A DNA stretch of 64,000 nt, from the IMG/VR virus record IMGVR_UViG_3300045283_000116, positions 1-64,000 of that record. One strand, given 5' to 3'. Origin of the DNA: a virus. How positions within the stretch are numbered: position 1 is the stretch's first letter; each line of letters opens with the position of its first letter. Shown here one piece after another: positions 1-9,332 of the stretch. The notes beneath the pieces are model-generated. The model made no database searches and was not told the DNA's origin. It saw nothing but the letters and a program-made list of their open reading frames with translations. The translations under genes and the position numbers were made by a program.

Positions 1-222
1 CTTCGCTTCGATCCCGGCTTGTTGGCGGCGGTTGACGAGGCTCGCGGCCAGGTGCCCCGAACGGCGTTTTTGATCCGTCTGATCGAGCATGGGCTCTCCC
101 AGGAGGTTCCGGTGGTGCCGGAGGCGGAGGCGACTCGGAGGGCGGTGCCGGTGCGTGGCGCGCGGGAGCATCTCCCTCGGTGCACGTGCGCGGTGTGTGT
201 GGCGACGAGGGGGAAGCGGTGA
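1..222 (+). CDS. Ribbon-helix-helix DNA-binding protein (5' truncated) with C-terminal HxxxCxCxxC
   Basis: Frame open from base 1: LRFDPGLLAAVDEARGQVPRTAFLIRLIE, strand-helix-helix pattern. Confidence 0.6.
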   Translation, partial: LRFDPGLLAAVDEARGQVPRTAFLIRLIEHGLSQEVPVVPEAEATRRAVPVRGAREHLPRCTCAVCVATRGKR

Positions 223-500
223 GCCCCGGCCAGGGCGATCCGTTCCGGCGCGCGTGGCCCGCGCCGCTGTCAGGCCAGGACTTCGATCAGGTCAATGGCG
301 AGCATCCGATCCTGGTCGATGTGCTCGGGGCGGTGGCGGTCGCCGCGCTGGGCGAGGGCGTGGAGCGCGGCGTGATGCTCGACATCGGCGGCAAGCTGAA
401 CAAGCGCACCGAACGGGCCGAAGTGAGGTTTCTGCTCGCTCCCGGCCAGGTCGATGAGCTGATCGCCGAGCTCGTCAGGGCACGGAGCGCCGCGGAGTGA
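219..500 (+). CDS. Hypothetical protein
   Basis: GTGA overlaps at both ends, GC3-rich codons. Confidence 0.65.
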   Translation: MSPGQGDPFRRAWPAPLSGQDFDQVNGEHPILVDVLGAVAVAALGEGVERGVMLDIGGKLNKRTERAEVRFLLAPGQVDELIAELVRARSAAE

Positions 501-685
501 GCGACCCGCTGGACCCGGTCGCCCGCCAGGTCTTCGGCCGCACGCGCCAGGAGGCGCTCGAGCAGCGCGTGTGCATCCGCTGCGGCGAGAACCCCACGTT
601 CACCACCGAGGCGGGCAGGCGCGAGTATGAGATCAGCGCCGTCTGCGAGCCGTGCTTCGACGCCATGTTCGGTGACGACGGGTGA
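497..685 (+). CDS. Small zinc-finger protein
   Basis: CIRC...CEPC. Confidence 0.7.
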   Translation: MSDPLDPVARQVFGRTRQEALEQRVCIRCGENPTFTTEAGRREYEISAVCEPCFDAMFGDDG

Positions 686-1155
686 GCTCCGAGCACCAGC
701 GTGAGATCGAGCGACTCGCGTCCAGGGTTCACGCGCTGGGCATCCAGTCGGTGACGATCGGCCGCGCCCACGTCACGTTGGGCCGCGACGATTTCGAGGG
801 CCTGCTCGCATTGGCCGAGTCGGTGACGCCGCTGTCAGACCTCGACGCCAAAAAGCTCGGCCCGTTCGCCCGCGACTCCGAAACCTCCCGCAAGGCGGCA
901 TTGGCGAACTACCCGCGCCAGGGCACGCAGCGCCACCGGATCATCGAAGCCCTGCGCCACCCCGACCCTCACGGGCGTCACGGTCTGACGCGCGAGCAGA
1001 TCGCCCAGCGCACCGGGATAACGCCGGACGCCGTCCGCCCGCGCGTCGTCGAGCTGATCGAGGGCGGCTGGCTGTGGGCGCACGAGACGCGCAAGACGAA
1101 GCTCGGCCAGGACGCCGAGATCCTGCTGCTGACCCGGCGCGCCGTGGAGACATGA
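682..1155 (+). CDS. Winged-helix DNA-binding protein
   Basis: GLTREQIAQRTGITPDAVRPRVVELIEGGW. Confidence 0.75.
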   Translation: MSSEHQREIERLASRVHALGIQSVTIGRAHVTLGRDDFEGLLALAESVTPLSDLDAKKLGPFARDSETSRKAALANYPRQGTQRHRIIEALRHPDPHGRHGLTREQIAQRTGITPDAVRPRVVELIEGGWLWAHETRKTKLGQDAEILLLTRRAVET

Positions 1156-1502
1156 GCTGGGTCCGCGGTGGACGCTTGTTCGATGCGCGGCTCACGCGCC
1201 GCCGCCGCGTGGCCGATGATCCGGTCATGAACGTGCATCAGCTTCCGACGACGCTGCGCGCCCGCCTTGCCCAGCGCGTGATCGAGGACGTGATCGAAGG
1301 CTCCGCGCTGGACAGCCACTCCGCCCAGCGCAACCTGTCGCACGGCTACGTGATCGCCGACCTGATGCTGCCCGTGATCGCCGATGCGGTCGAGCACCTG
1401 CGCGTCCCGGTCCTCGACACGGACCCGCCGGACGACGCGGCCAAGCTGGAGCGCTGGAACGCGGCGCTCGAGAACGTCCTCGCCGTCCTCGCCGAACGCT
1501 AG
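1152..1502 (+). CDS. Hypothetical protein
   Basis: ATGA overlap, GGAG RBS. Confidence 0.6.
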   Translation: MSWVRGGRLFDARLTRRRRVADDPVMNVHQLPTTLRARLAQRVIEDVIEGSALDSHSAQRNLSHGYVIADLMLPVIADAVEHLRVPVLDTDPPDDAAKLERWNAALENVLAVLAER

Positions 1503-1507
1503 AAGCA

Positions 1508-1536
1508 CAACGCCCCGCGGGGTGAGCGGGGCGTTG
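1508..1536. terminator. Hairpin terminator between convergent genes
   Basis: CAACGCCCCGC / GCGGGGCGTTG inverted repeat. Confidence 0.65.
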
Positions 1537-1595
1537 CTATGGGCAGGGGTCCATATCGGGCCGAGCTCATGCGCATGTCGGCCCGCCGTTCGAGG

Positions 1596-1691
1596 TTACA
1601 GGCGGCGGTGGTATGCGCCAAGGCACAGCAGCGCCAGGATGCAGGCGAGCAGGATGATCTCGATCGTGCTGTTGGAGATGTCGGCGAGCAT
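1596..1691 (-). CDS. 31-aa single-TM peptide (below ORF-track cutoff)
   Basis: MLADISNSTIEIILLACILALLCLGAYHRRL, AGGA upstream, points into the 1508-1536 hairpin. Confidence 0.55.
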   Translation of the reverse strand: MLADISNSTIEIILLACILALLCLGAYHRRL

Positions 1692-1928
1692 GGCCCCGTC
1701 CTACCCGCTGTGACTGGAGTCCTGACTTGCGAGCGCCGCGGCCTCGAGCCGGCTTCGAGGCCCAGCCCCAGATTGCGACCGTAGTCTGAACAACCGTTTT
1801 TGCGCAAAATGCAGGGCGGACGAACGGACTACCCCGCTTTTCAGAACTTCCTCCCCCGCGCGCGTGTAGTGTCGGCTCGCGGCGTCGCCCCAGCGCCGAG
1901 TCGGTTCCCCAATCACAAGGAGGGAAGC

Positions 1929-3446
1929 ATGAGCTTCCGTCTCGCGCTCGGAGTGAGCGTCGCTGCGATGGCCCTGGCGGTCCCCGCGGCAGCAATGGCA
2001 GTCCCAGGAGATCCCGCGATCTCCAACCCGGTGCCGGGCGTGTTCCGGCTCAACCCGCGGACCCTCGAGCCCGGCTGTTTCACGCAGCGGGCGCTGCCGG
2101 TCGATGTCGACGGCCATCTGGTCTTCGGCCTCGTCGGCATCACCCAGGAGGAGCACATCACGGTCGATGACGGCGCGCCGTTCTCGATCGACCAGGTGCT
2201 CGTCCCGTCACTGACCGACGGCTACAAGGTCTACAACGGATTCGACACCGGGACGGTCAACAACGATCCGGACATCGACCCCGGCCAGACGGCCACGGGC
2301 CTCACCAGCCCGAACGCAACCGTCGACCTCGGCGACACGATCATCTGCATCAGCGGCGACCACCGCGACATCGTGCCGATGAACAAGCCCTACAACCAGG
2401 AGGACGGCGGGCTCGTCTCCGCGAAGAACCGCCCGGTCCTGACGCCGAAGGTCGTCGGCCTGGGCGAGTCGAGCATCGACCCGCTCAACACGTTCAAGAT
2501 CGCGTTCGGCTACGACTCGACGCCGTGGTACACGCGGCCCGCGTTCGAGACCGGCGCGAACGGCAACGCGCTGTTCCCCTCGGTCACCGATCCCAACGCG
2601 TTCCCGTCCCCGACGTTCGACGGCATCCTGCCGACGTTCGTCGATCTGTTCCCGCGCAACGATCCCGGCACGTATGACGCCCAGCGCGTCAACATGGTCA
2701 AGGACGCGCGCGGCGACTTCCTGCCGTTCAACATCCCCGGTCAGGGCCAGACGTTCCTGTTCCGGGTCGGCGGGGATTCGACGGCGTGGATCGACGATGG
2801 CGGCGTTCCCGGTCCGGGCATCGGCCTGCTGACGGTCCTCAGCCGGGGCGACTTCCCGGTCTCGTGGACGCTGCGGCCGAGCCTCGCCGCCCCGTCGTCG
2901 CTGCGTAGCGTGACGTTCACGCCCGCGCAGTTCGACGCCTGGGAGCAGGGATGGCAGGACTACTACTGCGGCAAGGGTCCGCACCCGACACTCCCGCTGG
3001 CTCCTGGCACCAACAGCCCGGACCCGCGTGATTGCCCGGTCGTCATCAACCTGCCGGAGACGAAGCCGGTGGCGACGCCGAGCAACCCGACCCCGGCCCA
3101 GGTGGTCCAGGTGCCGGTGACGACGGCGACGAACACCACGACGGCGACCAACACGGTTACCAAGGTGGAGACTCCCGCCGCAGTTTCGACGGCGAAGATC
3201 CAGAAGGCGACGACGTGTCACGGCAGCCGCGTGATCCACATCGTCTGGCCGAAGTCGGCGAAGTCGGGCACGTTGCTGTTCCGCAGCAAGGTCGTCCACG
3301 CCAAGTCGAGCGGTGGCCGCCTGCGTGCGACCGCCGATCTGCGCGGCATGGTCGGTACTCCGGGTGCGTACATGAAGGTCGTCCAGTTGACGACCCTCAA
3401 GTCAGGGAAGCACCTGGCGTTCACCCGGCCGTTCAAGGTCTGCTAG
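1929..3446 (+). CDS. Secreted protein: signal peptide, Pro/Thr linker, Cys-bracketed C-terminal domain
   Basis: AAGGAGG RBS; MSFRLALGVSVAAMALAVPAAAMA; C-terminus CHGSRVIHI...ADLRG...TRPFKVC. Confidence 0.8.
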   Translation: MSFRLALGVSVAAMALAVPAAAMAVPGDPAISNPVPGVFRLNPRTLEPGCFTQRALPVDVDGHLVFGLVGITQEEHITVDDGAPFSIDQVLVPSLTDGYKVYNGFDTGTVNNDPDIDPGQTATGLTSPNATVDLGDTIICISGDHRDIVPMNKPYNQEDGGLVSAKNRPVLTPKVVGLGESSIDPLNTFKIAFGYDSTPWYTRPAFETGANGNALFPSVTDPNAFPSPTFDGILPTFVDLFPRNDPGTYDAQRVNMVKDARGDFLPFNIPGQGQTFLFRVGGDSTAWIDDGGVPGPGIGLLTVLSRGDFPVSWTLRPSLAAPSSLRSVTFTPAQFDAWEQGWQDYYCGKGPHPTLPLAPGTNSPDPRDCPVVINLPETKPVATPSNPTPAQVVQVPVTTATNTTTATNTVTKVETPAAVSTAKIQKATTCHGSRVIHIVWPKSAKSGTLLFRSKVVHAKSSGGRLRATADLRGMVGTPGAYMKVVQLTTLKSGKHLAFTRPFKVC

Positions 3447-3469
3447 CGGACGCGAGCCGTTGCAGCGAC

Positions 3470-3501
3470 ACGAGAGGCCCCGTCACGGCGGGGCCTCTCG
3501 T
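3470..3501 (+). terminator. Intrinsic terminator
   Basis: ACGAGAGGCCCCG / CGGGGCCTCTCGT 13-bp stem. Confidence 0.75.
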
Positions 3502-3533
3502 CGTTCTGCCCGCATTTTCCGGGGATACGTGGC

Positions 3534-3562
3534 TTGACATCATTTGATATCAATGAGATCGT
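3534..3562 (+). promoter_or_regulatory. Possible early promoter with operator palindrome
   Basis: TTGACA at 3534 followed by perfect palindrome TTGATATCAA 3544-3553; -10 unclear. Confidence 0.45.
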
Positions 3563-3831
3563 CTACATGGCCGGTCGCGCTGGGAAAGAGATGCGCTTGG
3601 CGGCGCATCCCGCGCGACCGGCCGCACCCGAACACGGAGGGGAAATGCGCAGATGCCGGATGCTGGAACATCATCGACTACGACGACGCGACTGCTGGCG
3701 GTCACCATCGAGCACAGCGCCGAAGCGGATCTCGACGCGCTGCTGGCGACATGGATCGAAGATCAAGCGCTACCAGAGCTCCTTGAAGCAGCTCCGAAGT
3801 CGCGACTGATGTCGCTCGAAGTGGTGGCCCC

Positions 3832-4044
3832 GTGAACACCGTGTTCACGATCACCGTCGAAGTCCGGCACGCAGACGACGCCGACGCGACGGTCCTCGAG
3901 GACTGGCTGCGGCGCATCACCGACCAGTGGCTCGTTGGTTGCGGGCGCATGGACGTGGACGCGAAGGTCGTGGCCGTCGTCGACGCCAAATCGCCGTGGG
4001 ACACGGAGCCCGCGGAAACCCGAGTGCCCCAGGAAGCAGAATGA
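3832..4044 (+). CDS. Hypothetical protein
   Basis: GTGA overlap, codon bias. Confidence 0.55.
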   Translation: MNTVFTITVEVRHADDADATVLEDWLRRITDQWLVGCGRMDVDAKVVAVVDAKSPWDTEPAETRVPQEAE

Positions 4045-4114
4045 GCGTTGGAGTCCAAATACCACGCTGCGCAGATCCAGGAAATCCTCAACAAGGCCAG
4101 AGCAGAAGGGCGCT

Positions 4115-4351
4115 ATGTCGACATTGGCGATCATCGCGGTCGCAGTGGTGGGGGCGGTCCTGCTGAGCTCCCTCGTTCTGCTGATCGTGGGTATGACGAT
4201 GGCGAGCAGGGCCAGCGACGAGTTGAGTGAGCGCCGCGCGCTGAGCCAGCTACCCGACCACTCCTCGACCGAGGCATGGCGGCAGGCTGCTGCGCAGTCG
4301 CAGGCGGTCGCCGACGCCCGGCGCGGCGAGAATGGGAAGACCTCCCGGTGA
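4115..4351 (+). CDS. Membrane protein
   Basis: N-terminal TM MSTLAIIAVAVVGAVLLSSLVLLIVG. Confidence 0.55.
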   Translation: MSTLAIIAVAVVGAVLLSSLVLLIVGMTMASRASDELSERRALSQLPDHSSTEAWRQAAAQSQAVADARRGENGKTSR

Positions 4352-4545
4352 TCGTCACGCTCGTCCTGTTCGGCGTCCTCGTCGTCGTGTGGGGCTGGTG
4401 CCAGCACCGCCGCCTCCGCCACGAGGCCGCGGTCGCCTGGTTCGATCGCCGGGAGGCCAAGCTGCACGCCGACGTGGACGTGCTCCTGTACGGGCTGACC
4501 GACATGGAACACGCGCGCGCGTATATGGAGGACGAGGCGGCATGA
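4348..4545 (+). CDS. Membrane protein
   Basis: VIVTLVLFGVLVVVWGW TM, GTGA overlap. Confidence 0.6.
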   Translation: MIVTLVLFGVLVVVWGWCQHRRLRHEAAVAWFDRREAKLHADVDVLLYGLTDMEHARAYMEDEAA

Positions 4546-4823
4546 GCACCGATCCGGTCCGCAGCGAGGAACCGACCGACCGTCTGACCCGGCTGTGCGC
4601 CGCGATGACCGACGCGCTTGACGCACACCCGGAGCGCGGCGACGAGAAGTGCATCGTGTTCCTCGACAGCGACTCCGAGGGGCGCGGCGGGCTGCAACTG
4701 CACGGCTACGACGACGACCGCGAGGCGCTCGCCAACCTGTTCATGCACCTGCGCGCGATCTTCAAGTCCCACGGCTCCGACTTGCAAATCCACGCTCTCG
4801 GCGACGACGGGACGATGCAATGA
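4542..4823 (+). CDS. Hypothetical protein
   Basis: ATGA overlap, GAGG RBS. Confidence 0.65.
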   Translation: MSTDPVRSEEPTDRLTRLCAAMTDALDAHPERGDEKCIVFLDSDSEGRGGLQLHGYDDDREALANLFMHLRAIFKSHGSDLQIHALGDDGTMQ

Positions 4824-4987
4824 CGCGCGTGCGGAGATTCGACGTGAAGATCGGCCGCTACACGTTCCATGTGGACGCCTTCGATTGGCGCTCTGCGCAG
4901 CACGCCGCGCAGAAGCGCTACCACGACATCACCGCCGAGCGGGCACCGTTCGTGGCGAAGTCGGCAGTCAGGCGGGCGCGGCCGTGA
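4820..4987 (+). CDS. Hypothetical protein
   Basis: Coupled overlaps on both sides. Confidence 0.55.
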   Translation: MTRVRRFDVKIGRYTFHVDAFDWRSAQHAAQKRYHDITAERAPFVAKSAVRRARP

Positions 4988-5193
4988 GCTTCGTTCACCC
5001 ACGCGCGCGTGAGCGCTACGACCTTGAGGCGATCTCGGTCTGGCTGGAGGGTGCATTGCCCCCGGCCCTGGTCGGCCCGCCGACCCCGTGGGCGTACATC
5101 GCCGAACTGGAGTCCGAGGTTCGGGCTGCGCGCCTTATGCAGCTCGAGATCCTCGCCGCGACGTTGCGCGCCGTGCTGGCGGAGTGCTCGTGA
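4984..5193 (+). CDS. Hypothetical protein
   Basis: Coupled overlaps. Confidence 0.55.
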   Translation: MSFVHPRARERYDLEAISVWLEGALPPALVGPPTPWAYIAELESEVRAARLMQLEILAATLRAVLAECS

Positions 5194-5387
5194 GATCGGT
5201 CGCCGCCAAGATCGCCGAGGATCTCGATCGCCTCCAGGAGCACAACATGATCGCCGGGTGGCGGCGCGTGACTCAGGACGTGGGCAACGCGCGCTGGTTC
5301 ATCGAATGTGGTGGCACCTGGGGGCCGTACACGCAGACGCAGGCCATCGCGTTCGTCGACGGCTGCACGGCGATGGGGGCAGGATGA
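5190..5387 (+). CDS. Hypothetical protein
   Basis: Coupled overlaps. Confidence 0.55.
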   Translation: MRSVAAKIAEDLDRLQEHNMIAGWRRVTQDVGNARWFIECGGTWGPYTQTQAIAFVDGCTAMGAG

Positions 5388-5611
5388 CGATCGGCTCCAC
5401 CTACCGCGCGTGGGGACCGGCCGAGGGCTCGAAGCTCGGTCCGGCCCCGGAGGTACTCGTCGTCGGTAAGACCGACAAGGGCTGGGTCACCGAAGCAGCG
5501 CGCCAGCCCGCCGCCCTGATCGCCTTCGGCTGCGAGCACATGTGGATCGAGACCGCGAAGCCGAACCCGAACGTCATCCCCGGCACGAACCTCACCCTGG
5601 AGATCACATGA
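5384..5611 (+). CDS. Hypothetical protein
   Basis: Coupled overlaps. Confidence 0.55.
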   Translation: MTIGSTYRAWGPAEGSKLGPAPEVLVVGKTDKGWVTEAARQPAALIAFGCEHMWIETAKPNPNVIPGTNLTLEIT

Positions 5612-5967
5612 GAACCCGCCACCACCAGATCGGCCGCAAGCTCGAGACTCTCGTCGCGGTCTTGTGCGTCTTCGCGATCGCCGGGACCGCGGCCACGATC
5701 GCGCTCTCCGACACGGGCGGCGTCGGGACGACGATGGTCCCCTCGAACTTCGACAAGGCGGCGTACCTCGCTCTGCGGCCGATGACGCCGCCGCTGAACG
5801 ACAAGGTCGGTCCGATCCACTGCCGCCTGCACGGCCTGACGCTGGCCTACTGCAACGCGACGTTCACGGGCGGACAGCCGCTCAAGCTGCGCGTCTACGT
5901 CCAGTACATCGTCGCCAAGGACGCCTACAAGGTGTGGGCGCGGATCAGGGGCGTGCATGGCCCCTAA
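5608..5967 (+). CDS. Exported or membrane-anchored protein
   Basis: Basic N-terminus then LVAVLCVFAIAGTAATIA; two Cys in the soluble part. Confidence 0.6.
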   Translation: MRTRHHQIGRKLETLVAVLCVFAIAGTAATIALSDTGGVGTTMVPSNFDKAAYLALRPMTPPLNDKVGPIHCRLHGLTLAYCNATFTGGQPLKLRVYVQYIVAKDAYKVWARIRGVHGP

Positions 5968-6472
5968 CCCGCGGCGTCTCGACGCGCGCCTCGACGCGCT
6001 GTACGAGCGCATCCCGAGCCTGCCGTGCAAGGGCATCTGCTACGACTCGTGCGGCCCGATCGCCATGTCCAACCGCGAGCGCGCGAGGATCGAGACCGGC
6101 ATCCGCTCCGTCCACGTCGTGCAGCGCAACGGCGTGTCCGCGTGCTCGATGCTCGACCAGCACGGGCGCTGCTCCTGCTACGAGATCCGCCCGGCGATCT
6201 GCCGACTGTGGGGCGTGGCCGAGGGCATGGAGTGCCCGTACGGCTGCAAGCCCGAGCGCTATCTGACCCGCACGGAGGCGATGATGATCCTCGGCGAGGC
6301 GCTGACCATCGGCGGCGGCTCCACGGAGACGCAGGTGATGCAGGCGCTCGGCCAGATGCTCGAAACGCTGCCGCCCGACGACGAGTTGCGCCGCACCGCC
6401 GAGGCGATGATCCGCAAGCCCACGCTGGCCGGGCGCGTGAACACGAAACCGAAGTCCGTGATTGACCGATAG
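5957..6472 (+). CDS. YkgJ/FliB-like Cys-cluster (Zn or Fe-S) protein
   Basis: CKGICYDSCG...CSMLDQHGRCSCYEIRPAICRLWG. Confidence 0.75.
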   Translation: MAPNPRRLDARLDALYERIPSLPCKGICYDSCGPIAMSNRERARIETGIRSVHVVQRNGVSACSMLDQHGRCSCYEIRPAICRLWGVAEGMECPYGCKPERYLTRTEAMMILGEALTIGGGSTETQVMQALGQMLETLPPDDELRRTAEAMIRKPTLAGRVNTKPKSVIDR

Positions 6473-6481
6473 GGGACCCGA

Positions 6482-7189
6482 ATGACCGAACTGCTCAGAC
6501 CAGAACTGACCGAGCTCCCGCCGAAGATGCGCAGGCTCCTGGTCGACAACCGCGGCTACCCGGTGCCGTGGTTCGTCACGTGGATCGACGAGAACGACAA
6601 CCCGCTGCCGGACGGCATGGGCAAGCCGGAGTTCGTGCGCGTGCTGCCGGAGAAGACGATTGAGGCGACCCGGTATCGCAAGTGCTGGGTATGCGGCGGG
6701 CAGCTTGGAGCCAACGTGGCGTTCACGATCGGCCCCATGTGCGTCGTGAACCGGATCAGCGCCGAGCCGCCCCAGCACCTTGAGTGCTCGCGCTGGTCGG
6801 CGATCAACTGCCCGTTCCTCGCGCGCCCGTACATGAAGCGCCAGGCGCTCGGCGACAAGCCGGTCGGCGAAGGGCCGGGCGTGATGATCGAGCGCAACCC
6901 CGGCGTGATCGTCGTCTGGGTCACGCGCGCGCAGTCGATGGGCTACCACGTCCACAACCACCTGCCGCTGTTCCACGTCGGCGAGCCGACGCTGGTCGAG
7001 TGGTACTCCGAGGGCCGCGAGGCCACGCGCGAGGAAGCCCAGCGCGGCATCGACACCGGCCTGCCGCTGCTGCTCGAAATGGCGGAGAAGGATGGCCCGG
7101 ACGCCGTCGCCGAGCTCGAGGCGATGACGGTCGTCGCCGAGAAGTTCCTGCCCGAGTCGAAACTAGAGTCTGCCTATGCCGGACGCTGA
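6482..7189 (+). CDS. Cys/His-rich hypothetical protein
   Basis: RGYPVPWF...CWVCG...GPMC...EPPQHLEC...CPFL. Confidence 0.75.
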   Translation: MTELLRPELTELPPKMRRLLVDNRGYPVPWFVTWIDENDNPLPDGMGKPEFVRVLPEKTIEATRYRKCWVCGGQLGANVAFTIGPMCVVNRISAEPPQHLECSRWSAINCPFLARPYMKRQALGDKPVGEGPGVMIERNPGVIVVWVTRAQSMGYHVHNHLPLFHVGEPTLVEWYSEGREATREEAQRGIDTGLPLLLEMAEKDGPDAVAELEAMTVVAEKFLPESKLESAYAGR

Positions 7190-7352
7190 GGAAACCCCGC
7201 CGCAGGAGGCGATGACGCTTCGGATGCCGAAGTGGCTGTGGGACCGCATGGAAGCGGCTCGTGGCGCGATCCCGCGCGAGCGCTGGGTCCGCTGGCTAGT
7301 CGAGAAGGAAACAGACCCGGAGTTGCAAACCAAACCAACAGAAGGACAGTGA
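7176..7352 (+). CDS. 58-aa ribbon-helix-helix protein (not in ORF track)
   Basis: MPDAEETPPQEAMTLRMPKWLWDRMEAARGAIPRERWVRWLVEKE; TAGAGT 6 nt before ATG. Confidence 0.65.
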   Translation: MPDAEETPPQEAMTLRMPKWLWDRMEAARGAIPRERWVRWLVEKETDPELQTKPTEGQ

Positions 7353-7645
7353 TGGCTTCCACGCCCCCGGCAGAGAACAACAACTACACGCTCCAGGAGT
7401 ACCGCCCCGTGGGGAAGAACGGGGATGACGAGGAGGTCTGGGCGTGGGAGGACATCGCCACCGTCGAACTGCCGCCGCGCGCCCAGCGCAAGACGGCGCT
7501 CACGCGGGCGTTCCAGGAGAACCCCGGTCTGACGCCGATCGACGAGGCGGGCAAGTACCGCATCCTCGACGCCGACTCGTCCAGGGTGCTGACGGTCAAG
7601 GCCAAGCCGCCCGAGATCCCGCAGCTTGAGATCACCCCCGAGTGA
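7352..7645 (+). CDS. Hypothetical protein
   Basis: AAGGA RBS, TGATG overlap. Confidence 0.7.
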   Translation: MASTPPAENNNYTLQEYRPVGKNGDDEEVWAWEDIATVELPPRAQRKTALTRAFQENPGLTPIDEAGKYRILDADSSRVLTVKAKPPEIPQLEITPE

Positions 7646-7646
7646 C

Positions 7647-7925
7647 ATGCCGGACTTCGATGCGTACCGGGCGAAGCTGAACGAGCGGCTGGGGCAGCAC
7701 GCCCCGCCGTTCGTCGCCTGGGTCGACAAGCTGGAGCAGTTCTCCAACGCGCAGGACCGCAAGATCGCCGAACTGGACGACCAGATCCGCGACCAGGCCG
7801 ACAAGGACGCCACGATCAAGAGCCTCGAGGAGGAGATGGCGCTGTTGGTTGAGGACATCCTCGACGTGGATCGCGGCATCAAGACGTACGAGGAGCTCGT
7901 CGTCGACGTGCGCCGACGAGCCTAG
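7647..7925 (+). CDS. Coiled-coil protein
   Basis: Heptad pattern IAELDDQIRDQADKDATIKSLEEEM. Confidence 0.65.
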   Translation: MPDFDAYRAKLNERLGQHAPPFVAWVDKLEQFSNAQDRKIAELDDQIRDQADKDATIKSLEEEMALLVEDILDVDRGIKTYEELVVDVRRRA

Positions 7926-7936
7926 ACTGGAGTCGC

Positions 7937-8224
7937 GTGAAGCTCTTTCGCTGTGTTCTGGTGGGCGGGCCTTTCGACGGTGACGAGGGCACGATCCGCC
8001 ACAGTGACCGGCCGCAGACGATCTGGGCCGGTCACTGCAAGCCGATCAGCAAGTGCCGGGAGATCCACTGGACGCTTGACCATGTGCAGGCCGCGGACCT
8101 CGGCTATGAGCGCTACGGCTACGAGCAGACGCGCGATGACGTGCACGTGTACGTGTGCGCGGACGTGGCGTCCGGCCCCGGCGGCTCCGTCCGCGTGCTG
8201 GAGGAGATTCCGGTCAGTGGGTGA
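7937..8224 (+). CDS. Hypothetical protein
   Basis: LVGGPFDG motif common in small phage proteins. Confidence 0.65.
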   Translation: MKLFRCVLVGGPFDGDEGTIRHSDRPQTIWAGHCKPISKCREIHWTLDHVQAADLGYERYGYEQTRDDVHVYVCADVASGPGGSVRVLEEIPVSG

Positions 8225-8612
8225 CTTCGACTTCCCGCACCCGGACTGGCAGAACTGGCAGATGGGCGGCGTGAACGTGTCGTCGAGCAACTACGTGCCG
8301 GACGGGACGCTCTACATGTCCGGCGGCAGGGTGATCGCCGCCCCGAAGACCACGGCGTTCATCAACGACCTGCTCGACACGGACAAGGCCGAGACGCAGG
8401 CGGCCAAGCTCCGGGAGCTCATGGATCTCAAGCCTTCAGTCGAGCTTTTGGAGCGCCTCGACAGCGAGTACGTCGGCGAGCCCGAGCTCGTGCAGGTCAT
8501 CGACGACTACGTCATCGAGTTCACGACACGGCGCGGCAAGATGCGCGTCTTCCGGCGTCCCGGCGAGACGTGGGAGGAATGCCTGATCCGCATGGGGCTG
8601 CTCGATGCTTGA
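8217..8612 (+). CDS. Hypothetical protein
   Basis: GGAGGAG RBS, codon bias. Confidence 0.6.
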   Translation: MGDFDFPHPDWQNWQMGGVNVSSSNYVPDGTLYMSGGRVIAAPKTTAFINDLLDTDKAETQAAKLRELMDLKPSVELLERLDSEYVGEPELVQVIDDYVIEFTTRRGKMRVFRRPGETWEECLIRMGLLDA

Positions 8613-8901
8613 CGTGGACGAGATCGCCCTGGTGGAGGCGAGCCTCAACGACGGCCTCATCGTGCAGTTGGTCGTCGACGCCTGCCGGTTTGCGTGCTGC
8701 GGCAAGCCGTTCCGCGAGCGCGCCGGGTACGAGCAGGTCTACACCGGCACGATCGCGCACGTCGAGCTCAATGGACTGGAGCCGATCGCCGTGCGGATGA
8801 ACGGTCTGGGTATGGGCACGCCGTCGTTCATTGTGGAGGCAGGGGTCGAGAACATCTGCCTTGTGCGCCAGCGTCCTCGCCCGGCCGCGCGCTATGGCTG
8901 A
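8605..8901 (+). CDS. Hypothetical protein
   Basis: Overlapping chain, codon bias. Confidence 0.6.
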   Translation: MLDVDEIALVEASLNDGLIVQLVVDACRFACCGKPFRERAGYEQVYTGTIAHVELNGLEPIAVRMNGLGMGTPSFIVEAGVENICLVRQRPRPAARYG

Positions 8902-9058
8902 TTCGCTGACGCGCGAGGAGGTCGAGGAGCGCACGGGCATCAAGGTCACGCCGAAGATGGTCTTCGTGCTCGCCGCGGACGGCGATCTCTACGGCAGGGT
9001 CGGCGACGAGTGGTACATCTACCCGCCGTATCCCGTTTTCCGTCCGACCGAAACGTAG
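8894..9058 (+). CDS. Hypothetical protein
   Basis: MADSLTREEVEERTGIKV..., codon bias. Confidence 0.55.
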   Translation: MADSLTREEVEERTGIKVTPKMVFVLAADGDLYGRVGDEWYIYPPYPVFRPTET

Positions 9059-9059
9059 G

Positions 9060-9332
9060 ATGGCCGACATGAACGCGCAGCAGGAAGCGTCGAACGCCTG
9101 GCTTGAGATGACGCCCTCGGCGCAGGCCCAGATGCTCCGCTTCTATTGGGCCAAGAAGGAGAAGTTCATCTTCCATCTCGTGTCGCCGCCCTGCGTGCAC
9201 GAGTGGCTCAAGGGCACAGTGCGCTGGGTCTCCGTGACGGGTAGCCTCGTGCACATCAACGGCGGCAAGGGCATCGGCCTCGTCGAGGTCCCTGTCGAGC
9301 ACATCATCGACGTGGTCATGGAGTCGGACTAA
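9060..9332 (+). CDS. Hypothetical protein
   Basis: Chain of adjacent ORFs. Confidence 0.6.
   Translation: MADMNAQQEASNAWLEMTPSAQAQMLRFYWAKKEKFIFHLVSPPCVHEWLKGTVRWVSVTGSLVHINGGKGIGLVEVPVEHIIDVVMESD

Noticed and set aside
4862-4876. Second parS (CGTTCCATGTGGACG)
   Set aside because: Several mismatches to consensus; not supportable
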